Source: Octopus sinensis (Eukaryota). From it: DNA of 64,000 bases. Each line of letters starts with the position of its first letter. The stretch's first letter is position 1. This document shows positions 14,462 to 28,734 of the stretch, piece after piece. Under the pieces are notes generated by a model. The model was not told the origin of the DNA, did no database searches, and saw nothing but the letters and a program-made list of their open reading frames with translations. The stretch is taken from assembly GCF_006345805.1 (NCBI RefSeq), contig NC_042997.1, positions 132,866,001 to 132,930,000 on the forward strand, written 5' to 3'. The translations under genes were made by a program, and so were the position numbers.

Positions 14462-14870
14462 TAGGTGCAGGAGTTGTTGTGTGGTAAGTAGCTTGCTTAC
14501 CAACCACATGGTTCCGGGTTCATTCCCACTGCGTAGCACCTTGGGCAATTGTCTTCTACTATAGCCTCGGGCCGACCAAAGCCTTGGGATTGGATTTGGC
14601 AGACGGAAACTGAAAGAAGCCCGTCGTATATATGTATATGTATACATATATATGTGTGTTTGTGTATCTGTGTTTTCTTACCCAACCTCACCTGACAACC
14701 GATGCTGGTGTGTTTACGTTCTCATAACTTAGCGGTTCGGCAAAAGAAATCGATAGAATAAGTACTAGGCTTGCAAAGAATAAGACCTGGGGTCGATTAG
14801 TTCTACTAAAGGCGGTGCTCCAGCATGGCCACAGTAAAATGACTGAAACAAGTAAAAGAGAGTAAAAGAG
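14462..14870 (+). mobile_element. SINE family A, full length
   Basis: Head GGTGCAGGAGTTGTTGTGTGGTAAG to tail GTAAAAGAG repeats. Confidence 0.9.
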
Positions 14871-15363
14871 AATATGTATATGTTTAACATCGACCGCTTC
14901 AATTTCACGTGTGAGAAGTCCTACACAGTTAAGTTTCTGCTTATATTACGATCTTATAAGGTAGCCTGCTCGTTTTGTAGTTCCTTGAGCGCTAACTTAC
15001 AGTGAAAAACATCCCTGGGAATATTACAATTTCAATTTCTTGACTGTGGACCAAAAACGTATCAACGTTAGTCTGCCAGTTACTTGTTTGTAAAGTTGAT
15101 TTGTCATTGGACTAGTATGAAATATCACATTTCAACCGAAATATAGACACGTTCCATTATATGTCCAGTGCTTAATATCTATCTGTCTGTCTGTCTCCGT
15201 TCTGTCTTGCGTTCACTTACTATATGTGTGTATGTGTGTTGTGTGTGGTGTGTGCGTGTGTATATATATGTATGTATATACTATATGTATATGTGTTGTG
15301 ATATATATGTGTGTGTGGATATATACTTATATAATATATATATATATACTTATATATTATATG

Positions 15364-15436
<73 letters not shown>

Positions 15437-15482
15437 CATACATGCATACATACATACATACATGTATGTATGTATCTATGTA

Positions 15483-16370
15483 CAGGGTTGGTGGAAAGTA
15501 ACTAGGCATTAGATATTGCTTATAGAATTTTTAGTATCACGGAAGTCATGACGAAAAGGTTTTTTTAAACAGACAGCACTAGTGGGGGATTTTTATATAT
15601 TTTATTGTTTTATTTCTTATTTCTTACTTTCCAGATGACCGGTCGCTTGACTGTTCAAGGAGTGAGCTAAGACAGCAGAACGCTATGAAGTGTGGAATTA
15701 CATTGTTTTGGTTCAGAGATGGTGGCGTGCATAGAAAGGTAAGCATGCAACACTACGTCCGGAATTAACAAAAGGTTGTCATGCAAACCTGATGACCACA
15801 GGATCGGTGAACGATGCAAGAGGAAATGGCTGTCCAACCACATACCGAGAACGTCGCAAGGAAAAGTTTAATCGCAGCCCACAAAAATCAACACGTCAAG
15901 CAGCTTATGAAAGAGAATTAAAAAGACAGACAATACGTACGGTGGTGCATAAAGAATTGAATTTTAGTCCGTGGAAACACCATTAAACCTGAAGACTGTG
16001 ACCGCAGAAGTCGAGAAATCCAGAAGTCCAGAACCTCGAGAAATCCAGAACTCACTCCATGTAATTTTTACCTGTGGAGTTACACAAAAGAGGTATACAA
16101 GACAAAACCTCGCACACTGGAGGACTTGGAGACACAGATTCAGAAAGTTCTCAATGATATCCGAGACGACGTCCTTCAGAAGGTTGTTCATCCCATCCCT
16201 GGTGTTTGAGGAAACTGGATGACGCCAGCGGTGCTTCCGTTGAAATATGAAGATTTACTTTCATTTTCTCATGTAATAAAGTACATGCATCATTTGTTTT
16301 AATAAATTTATAAAGGGAATACGAATTTCATTACCAATTTTTAATGCCTACTTACTTTTCACTCACCCTG
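15483..16370 (+). mobile_element. Internally deleted Tc1/mariner transposon
   Basis: TA flanks; ~28-bp TIRs CAGGGTTGGTGGAAAGTAACTAGGCATTA / TAATGCCTACTTACTTTTCACTCACCCTG; HTH remnant TGSVNDARGNG...SPQKSTRQAA and C-terminal remnant PELTPCNFYLWSY; catalytic middle missing. Confidence 0.85.
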
Positions 16371-16469
16371 TATATATAGTTGTCTACCTGCCTGTTTATT
16401 TATAAATATACATACATACATACATACATACATACATACATACATACATACATACATACATACATACAT

Positions 16470-16523
<54 letters not shown>

Positions 16524-17369
16524 GTATATATATATCTGCCGTAGGTTGTCCAGATCTCGCATCGACAAAACAACACTGTTGAGACACATTCTTATTAGAT
16601 CTCAACTTTCGTTGCTGCTTTCATGTGCGATTGCGTCCAGAGCCTCGATTCACGCTTTCCAAACGCAAGACAGTCCTTGCTAAATGTGACGAGGCCCAGT
16701 GACAATAAGAATATACAGCCAAAATTAAGTTTGTAAGCAGACAGGTTTTGCTCTCCTGCCGTGCTAAAGAACTGACCATGCGCTACTGATTTCATTTAAA
16801 GCAGAACGGTAATAGATACAATTCATCCAGACAACCTATTTACGACGTTATTATCTTAGAATGGTCATTGAAACAAGTCTATTGTTAAGAATAAAGTTAG
16901 AAATTTGTTTATTATTATTTTTTTTCGTTTATTGATTTTTTGTTTTTTTCCGCATTTGTATCGCTTTATATTACCGTGTTATCCTTAAGTGAATGGAATG
17001 CAAAAAATAGCATAAATGGATAAAACAAAGAGAAACTAAAGGTGATCTAGCAGTGCTCTGGAACCTATTCACATGAAGACGTGCAGGTACAAAAATATTG
17101 TTGGGTCATATATGTGTAAAATTTAACAATTACGGGCTGATAATAATGCGCCGAAACAATTATAGTGATTTGAAATAAAGCTTGTACGCTCTATCTACTC
17201 GTATTAAAGTTCTTTTGTGTATACTCTGTAGATATTCACGAATTTCCATATGTTCATACAGGTGAAATCCTAGTGTATGGTAGCATTCAGTAACCGATAC
17301 CCGTAGAACAGCTTGGGAAAGCAAGCTATAAATGTTATTGCCTAGATAATATTTAAAAAATATAAAGCA

Positions 17370-17818
17370 GTGAGCTGGCAGAATCGTTAGCATGCCGGGC
17401 AAAATGCTTAGCGGCGTTTCGTCCGTTTTTACGCTCTGAGTTCAAATGCCGCCGAGATCGACATTGCCTTTCATTTTTTCGGGGTCGGTAAAATAAGTAC
17501 CAGTTAAGAACTGGGGTTATTGTAACCGACGTATCCCTCCTCCTGAAACTGCTGGTCTTGTACCAAAATTAAAAACCAATATTGAATACATACATATATG
17601 TTAAGATGGCAAGCTGGCAGAATCGTTAGCACGCCGAGCAAAGTGCTTGGTGACATATCGTTTTTGTCTTTACATTCTGAGTTCAAATTCCGCTGAAGTC
17701 GGCTTTGCCTTTCATCCTTTCGAGATCGATAAAATAAGTGCCAGTTGACCACTGGGTTCGATGTAATCGAAATACCCTCTCACCCGACATTGCTGGCCTT
17801 GTGGCAATATTTGAAACG
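17370..17818 (+). mobile_element. Two adjacent SINE family B copies (17370-17575, 17608-17818)
   Basis: Both begin AGCTGGCAGAATCGTTAGCA and carry GAGTTCAAAT..CCG. Confidence 0.8.
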
Positions 17819-17849
17819 AATATGAAATACATATGTGTATATATATACG

Positions 17850-17899
<50 letters not shown>

Positions 17900-17978
17900 G
17901 TGAGAACGAATATTGTGTGGGGAGCGGGAGCTGCGTGCGTATATGTATGCTCATAAACTTATTTATGTGTGTGTGTGT

Positions 17979-18021
<43 letters not shown>

Positions 18022-18325
18022 GCGTGTGTATCTGACTATAGACTAATAAAGTGTGTTTGAAATGCTTCATAAAAGAGCGGTTTGCGTAAAATTTCATAAG
18101 TATCTAAAGGTTGCAATTGACATTATTTTCAAATCGATACCAGCTATGAAATATCAATCAAAAGTCAACAGCTGCAAGAAATCCGGGATTGGAAATGTTA
18201 CAGAAACATTTTCTTTGGCAGCTTCGCCCCCTCACTCCCCCCTCCCACCTGCACTCTACGTGCACGCGCGTATGTGTGTATGTATATCTACATATCTGTT
18301 TCTTTGTCTGCGTGTGTATCTCTCT

Positions 18326-18374
<49 letters not shown>

Positions 18375-18539
18375 TATCTATTTATCGAATTGTTTGTCTG
18401 TGGGTTTACAGATGTATGTAGGTATGTAGGCGTATATAAACGTGTCATTTGTGTGTGCTCGCGCGTGCATATATGCGTGTTTGTGTGTTCATTTGTACCT
18501 ATATATGTGTATATATTATATATATATTGATATATAAAG

Positions 18540-19310
18540 TTAAACCAAACATGAAAACACAAAGAGAAAACACAACAACGCGAGGACGTGGAACAAGTAT
18601 AGTGTTATTGGACACTCAGGAAAGGAAGGAAAGAAAGAAGGAGGATTTAACGTTTCGAGCGAAGCTCTTCGTCAGAAACATAGAAAAAGTGTGTGTGTGT
18701 GTGTGTATGTATATAATGCTATATACATACATATATGTACATACTTACACATATACGTATATACATATGAATATATGGGTACAGGACGTCATAAAACGTA
18801 AACAATATGAGATACGAAAACATGGAATACGAACTTTTTTGCGAACAACGAAAGAAACAAATAGCAAACAAGACAAGTAGTATAAAGAACGACCCTTCAT
18901 CAGTTGTCGGCTGTTTTATGTACTCCACAATTCGAGCAATTACGACAAGATATGTCTTCGAGAAAACAGTTGCTACTGCAAAGCAAAATAAAATTTTGGG
19001 ATTTGTGGAGGGTCAAATTGGGTAACAGAAACCGGACAGTGAAAACAAACAGTAAGGGCTGCTCAGCCATAACGAGATGAGGTGGCGAACGCTGGAGGAA
19101 CAAGCTTTGACTGGAGAAAAGATTCCTCCCTATCTTTCTCTTTTACTCTCTCTCGTTGCTCACACGTGATCATCGGCTACCTTTCTTTTCCTCACTTGAG
19201 CTTCTTTCTTTCCTTTTGAACAGCCACACAGATCACACGCATTCTTGCCTGTCTCCTCTCTCATCTTACTTACCACCATACTACTGAATAAATAAAATGA
19301 CCATCCCGAA
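18540..19310 (-). mobile_element. Non-coding Penelope-type interspersed repeat
   Basis: Homologous in opposite orientation to 35140-35745 and partly to 52900-53120 (CAGCCGACAACTGATGAAGGGTCGTTCTTT, CACGTGATC, GATGTCCTGT); contains a hammerhead-like motif. Penelope assignment is inference. Confidence 0.5.
18645..18680 (-). ncRNA. Minimal type I hammerhead ribozyme-like motif
   Basis: Minus strand UUU CUGACGA A GAGC uuc GCUC GAAAC GUU A AA: canonical core, 4-bp stem II, palindromic AACGUU stem III; stem I weak. Confidence 0.55.
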
Positions 19311-19751
19311 ATATAACATATATATATATACTATATATATATATATATGTGTGTGGTGTGTGTGTGTGTGTGTGTGTTGTGTGTGTGGTGTGTGGTGTGT
19401 GTGCGTGCTTGTGTGTGTGCGTGTGTGTGTGTGTGTGGTGTGCGTGTGCGCCTATGAAAGTCTATAACTATGCATCCGCATAAATACACACACAACCACA
19501 CAATCACTCACACATAAACACATACAAACACACTCATACATTCATATATATATGTATGTGCGTCCGTGTGTGTCCTTGTGTTTGTGCATACGCGCCTGTG
19601 TGTGGGTTGTGTGTGTTATGTGTGTGTTTCTGTGTGTATTTATGCGGATGCATAATTATGTATTTCCATAAGAACACATGGAAACACAACTCACATCACA
19701 TGGATAAAATATATAATGTATGTATACATACACCCAATATATAAAGTATGT

Positions 19752-19787
<36 letters not shown>

Positions 19788-20023
19788 ACATATAGATACA
19801 AAAATATATACATCATCATTGATATACATTCCCAGCTCACATACACAGATACACACTATGCACAAGCACATAGATGCTTTACATTTGGCCTTCAAATCCT
19901 GATGGAATCATAAAGGCGCCGTCGTGACATACGGTGTATCTTGGGCATTTCTGAACTGTATGGAGGCAATCCCTCTCCAGGTTTGAAAGTAACCTCGATT
20001 TCTTCCAGAGAGATGGAAAGAAG

Positions 20024-20067
<44 letters not shown>

Positions 20068-21529
20068 GAGAGAGAGAGAGAGAGAAAGAGAGAGATGGAG
20101 AGAGAGAAGGTGGGGAGTGCAGATGGAGACATGCACCGAAAGTGGGATAGGGAGCGAGAGAAGAACATGAATATACGTATGCATAGGCGCAGACATACAC
20201 AAACATATACACACACACTTACTCTCCCTCTTTATCTTTCTCTCTCTTTCTCTCCGTTAACATGCACACATATACACACACATATAAATACATATATGCA
20301 TACATATATATAGATATATGTTTGTATATATATATATATATTACATACATATATATATATATATACATGCATATATATATATATATATATATATATACAT
20401 GCATATATATATATACATATATATACATACATACATACATGCATACATACATATACGTATATATATACATGTATACACATAAATACACAGGCAGACAATC
20501 AGTTACTTTGATAGATAGATATGTACACAAAAACAAAATAAGCCTATTGTTCTACTCTGCCTCTTCACTTAGCGCATTGAGCAGCGCGTGTTCTCTATAT
20601 CTCAGTTGTATGCTTCACCGCAGTGTTTAGGTATCCCTAAAAGGACCGATCTAAGCTATTCCTCGTTTTTCCATCCCACCTCCTGGTAATCTATTTCAAG
20701 CAATTTTTGAATACTAATTATATCAGCCACTCACATACTTCGTTGCTGTACCATGTGCTGAAGTCTTTGAGATTATACTCTCCTTTAGATTGCTTTGTTT
20801 CTTAGAAAATGCCGTTACGAAATTCTCAGGGTTTTCCTTAGGGAAGTTGGTCAAGAATAACCAACTCTTTTGGTGATTTCACAGGTTCTTCCAAGTTTCC
20901 CTTACATATACTAAGGTTGATGATTCGAAAGTATTTGAACTATGTTGTTCAGTCTGATCATGAAACATATTTTTGACAGTTCAGGCCGCTGACATAGATC
21001 TGTGAAAATTCCTTTGCAGCTTGCTATAACCAGAATTTCGTTATACAATTGATGCAAATCTATGGAAAGAATAGGAAAAGTTCAGGCAAGAACGATTACG
21101 TTTTAAACAAATCTTCATACTGCGGAATATCAGAAAGAAATCTCTGGTGGTTTAGCAATCACAGTCAGTAGTTTTTATTGGCTTCTAAATAACATCTAAT
21201 GAGAGTCTCTACGGAGCTTCACATACACTCGTACGAACGCACGCACTCACGCACGCACTCACGCACGCACTCACGCACGCACTCACGCACGCACGCACAC
21301 ACACGCATACAACACATACACACATGTGTACTACCACACTTATATTCATAAAATATATATATATTAAGCGCAGGCGTGGTTGCGATGTAAAAAGCATGCT
21401 TCCCAACTATAAGGTTCGGGGTTAAGTTCCACTGCGTGGCACATTCGGCAATTGTCTTCTACTATAGCTTTGGGCTGACCAAGGCCTTGTGAGTGGATTT
21501 GGTAGACGGAAACTGGAAGGAGCCCGTCG

Positions 21530-21616
<87 letters not shown>

Positions 21617-21621
<5 letters not shown>

Positions 21622-22135
21622 GTTGAATATGGTACTTAAGTTAAAGGCACCAAAATTTGGTATGGTATTATCCATATAAATCAAATGGGGTGATTATAAT
21701 CAAAATAAGCAACAAGGATATCCAAAGGTAGTGCAGTACAATCGTTTCATGCGACTTCATTTAATTAAACAATATCAAGTATTACATTAGTTTTAAAATG
21801 TAAAGCAATCTTCAGCTGCATATGGAATTTTTTAGTTAAATTGAAAGATTCATTTCTATACTTATTCCATTTATCAACATTACAAAGAGGGTTGGTAGAT
21901 AGACAGAGAGGCAAGTCTCATCAACAGAAACATGGTAGTAAATGATATTTAATCATGGATACATTTCTTATCACTAAATTTAAATCTAAAATCTAAAATC
22001 AATTTAACTAAAAGATTCCATATGCAACTGAAGATTGCTCTACATTTTTAAACTGATGTAATACTTGCATTGTTTAATTAAATGAAGTCGCATGAAACGA
22101 TTGTATTGCATTATCTTTGGATATCCTTGTTGCTT
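21617..22135. mobile_element. Foldback/MITE-like element with ~135-bp inverted arms (21700-21840 vs 22005-22135)
   Basis: AAGCAACAAGGATATCCAAAGG... and ...CTTTGGATATCCTTGTTGCTT are reverse complements; same family at 36999-37515. Confidence 0.7.
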
Positions 22136-22163
22136 ATATATATATATATATATATATATACAC

Positions 22164-22197
<34 letters not shown>

Positions 22198-22785
22198 TAC
22201 TTCAACCACAACGGGTCACTCTTAGGTCACATGACCATTTAAGAGGATTCCACCAACATCCTGCGATTATCATACCACTCCCGTGTTTTTTTCTTCTTCT
22301 ACTTCTTCTTCTTCTTCTTCTTCTTCTCTTCTTCTTCTTCTTCGCCACCTCCGTTATCTACTACTACTGCTGCTTAAACAATCAAAGACAAGAATCCATA
22401 TCAAACTAGCTGCTGCTAATTACCTAGAACCCACAAGAGTAAATATGAGAGAGAGAGAGAGATTGAAAAAAGGAAAATGTCCCTTGCGTTTGAAAACTAT
22501 GGAAATATTCTTTTAAAATATTTCATTTTTCCACAATTTTAACGTTTTTCATGCTTTACTCTGAGTTGAAAAAGTCGCAAAGGCTGAAACCTGTACTAAA
22601 ATGTTCGTCATGATAAAGGTATTTTAGCATTTTCTACTGTCTTGTTTTCCTTATATATATATTCGTCTGTTTGTGTCTGTGTTTGTCACCCCACCATCGT
22701 TTTACAACCAATGTTGGTGTGTTTACGTCACCGTAATCTAGCGGTTCTGCAATATATATATATATATATATTATATTTATATATA

Positions 22786-22818
<33 letters not shown>

Positions 22819-22819
22819 A

Positions 22820-23000
22820 GAGTTTACGAAAAACACAAAAGACGAAGGCAAGTGGTGTACAAAACAAACAGATGTATTAGTATAACGCTCGGGAATAGAA
22901 AAATTCTTTTACGTTTCGAGCCTACGCTCTTCTACAGAAAGGGACCCAGAAAAACAAGGAGAGAAAAAAAGGAGAGAATAAAGAAGACAACAAAAGAATG
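22820..23000 (-). mobile_element. ~180-bp dispersed repeat carrying a minimal hammerhead (family H)
   Basis: Near-identical copies at 52455-52620 (+), 58115-58300 (-) and 63748-63925 (-), each next to (TA)n/(GA)n. Confidence 0.8.
22906..22941 (-). ncRNA. Minimal type I hammerhead-like motif, CUGUAGA core variant
   Basis: CUUU CUGUAGA A GAGC guag GCUC GAAAC GUA AAAG: stem I CUUU/AAAG, stem II GAGC/GCUC, ACGU palindromic stem III, GUA triplet. Confidence 0.6.
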
Positions 23001-23206
23001 AAAGCGACCTCGATATTATGTAAATAGGGGAATTTATCTGTAAATGTAATATGTAACAATTATATGGTAGCCATGATAAAACTCCGTGCTTCGGATACTG
23101 AGGTGGAAATCCACGCTGCCATCCCTTCAGTTATCCGGCCATCGGAAAAAATGCTACGAAAAAATATACTCATGCACGCACATATATATGCATGATTGCG
23201 TACATA

Positions 23207-23294
<88 letters not shown>

Positions 23295-24061
23295 TATATA
23301 TATAATATATATATATATGTATGTATGTAAATATATGGCATAAATAACGTAAATATGCAAATTGCTGACAACATTAATAATCCATGTAACAGCATTAACA
23401 TCCTACTAATAGCAGTACTATAAGAAATATTAACAACCCTGTTGACCACTGCTTAATCCTAGAGAATACAAGTAAATCTAATAGGGTTCACTATAATTGT
23501 TACTGTCTTCGGATTGCATACAAGCAACAGACTGATATTCCTACTGTTGATATCTGTAATATAAAGGTCTATATGTCTCTTGTTGAAATAAACCTCTAAT
23601 CTCTCTTAATAATTTATACGTCACTAAAAATATTATCAGCAGATATGAAGTCTTGACTTATCTTACTACATTTATCTATAATTGTGCGACGGAATTTGCA
23701 TTTAAGATTACATTATATAATCATATTCTATTTTGAAGAGATGTGATAACGCTAAAGTTACATTAGTCGCTGGAAAAAATGGGAAGTGAAAGATAAAGAT
23801 TTTGAGTTCCAAATTACCTGGAGCATTGTCAAAGACGTCTTATCCTATTGAAATGATAAGTACATGTGTACAATTCGTTGCACTGAATTATTGGAAATAC
23901 TCAAATGTTCAGGTAATGTCTTTGATAAATCCGGTGAGCTGAGAATAAGAGTTCGCACTATATTAGTAACACTTTTTTTAATTCTTTAAACCTGTTAACT
24001 AGTATGTTTTGGATATTTACTACTTAATCTCTTATCCCTTAGCTTTAAACCTATACTCTTT

Positions 24062-24462
24062 ACTCTTTCACTCTTTTACTTGTTTCAGTCATTTGACTGC
24101 GGCCATGCTGGAGCACAGCCTTTAGTCGAGCAAATCGACCCCAGGACTTATTCTTTGTAAGCCCAGTACGTATTCTATGGGTCTCTTTTACCGAACCGCT
24201 AAGTTACGTGGACGTAAACACATCGGTTGTCAAGCGATGTTGGGGGGACAAACACAGGCACACAAACATATACACACACATACATATATGTATACATATA
24301 TAAGACGGGCTTCCTTCAGTTTCCGTCTACCAAATCCACTCACAAAGCTTTGGTCGGTCTGAGGCTATAGTATAAGACACTCGCCTAAGGTGCCATGCAG
24401 TAGGAATGAACCCGGAACTATGTGGTTGGTAAGCAAGCTACATACTACACAGTCACTCCTGA
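24062..24462 (-). mobile_element. SINE family A
   Basis: Reverse complement of family A consensus. Confidence 0.9.
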
Positions 24463-24632
24463 TTTAGTTAAGTGAACTGGTCTCATTTGAATATTTTTAA
24501 TGCTAGGAGTAATTTACGCTTCGACATTAACTTAGATGTCTATACTTGCATGTTGTTAAGTTACAGCTTCTGCTATTACCTTTCTCTGTCCATCAATTAA
24601 CATATTTTCCCTAGTTATGTATTCTCAATGAG

Positions 24633-24990
24633 TGGAGGTGCAATGGCCCAGTGGTTATGGCAACAGACTCACGGTTACAGGATCCCGGTTTCGATTCCCA
24701 GACCAAGGGTTTAAGATGTTTATTGAACAAAAACTCTTGAAGCTCTGGCAGGGGGTGATGGCGAACTCTCCTGTACTTTTTCACCACAACTTTCTCTCAC
24801 TTTTTTTCTGTTTCTGTTGTACCTGTATTTCAAAGGGACCAGTCTTATCACACTCTGCGTCACGCTGAATCTCCACGAGAACTACGTTAAGGGTACGCAT
24901 GTCTTTGGAATGCTAATTTCACGAGCAGGCTGTTCCGTTGATTGGATCAACTGGAACCATCATCGTCATAACCGACGGAGTGCCGTAGTA
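24633..24990 (+). mobile_element. SINE family C-related
   Basis: GGAGGTGCAATGGCCCAGTGG...GGTTTCGATTCC head; shares the GGCGAAC...CACCACAACTTTCTCTCAC block with other family C copies. Confidence 0.7.
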
Positions 24991-25332
24991 GTAATTCTCA
25001 ATGTGATGTATTTTCAATGTAATGCTTTGTAACTTTTGTGTTCAAACCACTGACGAAATATTTGATAGTCCAGTGTATGACTTCTCATTCTCTGTAGGCC
25101 ATTATTATTAATCCTGTCTTTATATATTCTTTTATTTATTTATTTAATTATATATCTGTATCTATACACCTTATATCCATATCTGTATCCGTATGTCCTG
25201 GTGTGTATATATGTGTCTGTATGTATAATTGTACACACGTCTATATACATACATGTGTATGTGAGCGTGTATACAATGTATCTGTTTATATTTGAACGTG
25301 TACGTATATATATATATATCTATATATATATA

Positions 25333-25372
<40 letters not shown>

Positions 25373-25378
25373 TATATA

Positions 25379-25413
<35 letters not shown>

Positions 25414-25889
25414 TATGTATGTAACATACATATATATATTATATATGTGTGTGTAAAATATATATATGTGTATATATATATATATTACAGTTAATAAGAG
25501 GAATGACCACTAAAGTGCATTCCTATACGTTAGAGATAGACGCCAAATCGCCTTACCACAAAGTGTTTTCTCAAGAACATTTTGCAAGTATAAATAATGA
25601 AATCATGATACGTAGGTAATCATTTTATTTTGTGAATTTTAATTTGCCTTCCTTATATTTTACATTTTGGCGTTTGCTGTTTTTTTCTTCTTGAGAACAC
25701 AATCTTTGTGGTAATGCGATTTGACGTCTATCTTTAGCATATAGGAATCCACTTTAGTGGTTATTCCTCTTATTAATTGTAATATAATTTTTAAATCTTC
25801 GGATTTTTTTTTTAATATGCTAGACCACTGGTTAAAATTGATGTCGATTGATATTAATTTCTACCCTCATTATTTAATTTATATATATA

Positions 25890-26401
25890 CTAGCAGTATC
25901 GCCCGGCGTTGCTCGGGTTTGTAAGGGAAATAACTATATAAGCATTTTTAGAGAGTTACTTCCCTTATAGATGCCAATTCGGGCTTTCTTAGCCATTTCT
26001 GTTTTGGTGTCTTCAAGCCATGAAGTCGTTGTTCTAAAAGAACGCTGGTCTCCTTGACAACGCTTTACGACGTTGATTTCCTTACACTCCCTTCCCCACA
26101 GCTTCACGAGGGAGGAAGAAGGGGGAGAAGCAAACAGGTGCAGGTGTGACCATGGACGCCAACTCCGCCGCCATCGACACACGAAAAATTATGCATTAAA
26201 ATAGAATAAAAAATGATGTTAAATTATTTTTAAAATCGTAGACTCATCGTAGACGCGCGCTAATACTCAGACGGGCTCGATATGAGTCACGACTATAAGA
26301 TACCCGAATTTGGTTAAACTGCACCGCAAAATGTGGGTGTAGTTAGGAATCTAAATCGAAGGGGACAGACACTCACACAACTACAGTTTTATATATATAG
26401 A
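25890..26401 (-). mobile_element. Non-autonomous Helitron
   Basis: Minus strand starts TCTATATATATAAAAC and ends CCCGAGCAACGCCGGG hairpin + CGATACTG + CTAG, between A and T. Confidence 0.8.
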
Positions 26402-27072
26402 TATATATATTTATATATAACTTTTAACATTAATGGGTATATGTCAATTAGTGTGCTGAATAAAGCACGTTCACAGTTTTGGGCTACCTGGTGCTATCTA
26501 CGGTTGTGGTATATTTCCTCTGGATCTACGTCAAGAATACTGCAGTGTTAGTTGAGGTATTTGATGAAGGAAACAGAAGATAGATTTACCGCTAGTCTTT
26601 TTTTATTCAGTACGACGATCATTTCTGTCTATCCTCCAGCTATACATCCGAATGGAAACATAAATACGTTATTAGTTCAGCTATGTTCGAATCGATGTTT
26701 GAAATCTTGCCTATTTAAAATTTTATCCGATGATGATGGATTGGATATTATGATATGGTCTTGTACGGCTATATTAAATAAACAAAACGCTAGCGAAAGT
26801 GATGTCGTGAATTTTAAACAGCTATTTGTACTTACTTATATCTAGGTCATATGAACGATCCGCCCTGAGTTTGATCTATGGTTTTGATTGAATTCACTAC
26901 TTGCAAATCCGTGGTATCCTACCAACTCTTGATTTCTTTGATGTTGTTTACTACATTCAGACTATTATCGTGCCCAGCAATTTCTGGTCCCACGAGTTGA
27001 TGCGTATCGATTCTTATGAATCTTCATAACAATTTCATATATATATTTATAATATATGTATATATGTGTGTG

Positions 27073-27140
<68 letters not shown>

Positions 27141-28254
27141 GAAATGACTTGTTTTAAATCTCTGAGCGAGTGATATATAGCAATGTTTATATGCCAACAG
27201 AATGTGGCTGTCCTATAAAGGACGATGTTACTATTGTTTTAGCACCTGAAAAACATCTTTTCCAGCTGGCTATCGACACACAGTTTGTATCCGTATAGCA
27301 TTTGCAAGGGAGGTCATCGTTCCCATCTCTTACGTGATACACACAGACCTAGGTTTCTGAATGTTATCCGTCCTCAGTGTGAGACAACCATAAGCTAGTC
27401 ATATATACACATACGGCGAAGGACAAAGAACAAAAGACGAGAGGACTACATCAAATGACATTCAATGGTACTAATTTGACACTCAAGTGGGTATATATAT
27501 ATATGCGCATATACATGCAGGTATATATGTGTGTGTGTGTGTGTGTATGTTTGTGTGTGTGCATGTGTGTGTATATATGTATATACACATATGTGTGTGA
27601 AGATACATATGTATGAATGTATTCATGTATGTATGTATGTATGTATGTATGTATGTATGTATGTATGTATGTATGTATGTATGTATGCATGTATGTATGT
27701 ATGTATGTATGTATATATGTATGTATGTATGTATGTATATATGTATGTATTTAAGTGTAGGCATGTGTATAATTCATTATGAATCATCGCTCTCATACCC
27801 TATCTTACAATGAACATCTGCATAACAAAATGTCCAAGATCGCAAAGAACGAAAAATATACACAGCTGAACTAATACATACATTTGAAAATGTGAAAGAA
27901 TAATATACATTCACGTGAAGGACCAAACATGAACTGTATATGGCTGATCGATATTTCTATCGTCTTGGCTATTATATATTTATTGTTTATTTACTTATTT
28001 TTTTGTTTTACATTTCATTTTTTTCTACTTACTATTTATCGTTTTTTTTTTTACATGCATGTGTATTTGTGGGTATGTATATGTGTGGGCGTATGTATGT
28101 TAAACGAAGATTGTAGGCATACATATAGAAATTGCTTCCATATGTATGGAGAGTAATGCACCTGCGTGTAAACTACACGTACCACAGTGTTTGAATACGT
28201 ATCAAGGCAGAGTGTATATACATAAATAAAGCCGCGAGCTGAATAATGTTTTAC

Positions 28255-28540
28255 ACGTATGTACAACCGCTAAGTTACGGAAACGTAAACTCACCAGCAT
28301 CGGTTGTCAAGCGATGTTGGGGGGACAAACACAGACACACACACACACACACACACATACACACACATATATATAGAGAGAGATATATACGACGGGCTTC
28401 TTTCTGTTTCCTTCTACCAAATCCACTCACAAGGCTTTGGTCGGCCCGAGGCTATAGTAGAAGACACTTGCCCAAGATGCCACGCAGTGAGACTGAACCC
28501 GGAACCACGTGGCTGGTAAGCAAGCTACTTACCACACATT
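28255..28540 (-). mobile_element. SINE family A, partial
   Basis: Reverse complement of the family A head and middle. Confidence 0.85.
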
Positions 28541-28734
28541 ATTGTTTATAATAATTTCCTATTAAACTGAAAACACACTCAATACTTTCTATAGTATTCA
28601 CGGGTAACCTGTTGATAGTGATTTCGAAATTTTGGCTTTCCGGTCTTCAAATCAGTAGCTTCGAAATCACTGTTTAGCTTTTCCTTTGAGATATACATAG
28701 TCAATAATACAGGCGGGTTGAGGGCCACTACAGC

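Noticed and set aside
16595-16795. Hydrophobic stretch followed by FGKR as a neuropeptide precursor
   Set aside because: Single short ORF, no repeated peptides, no convincing splice context; compatible with chance.
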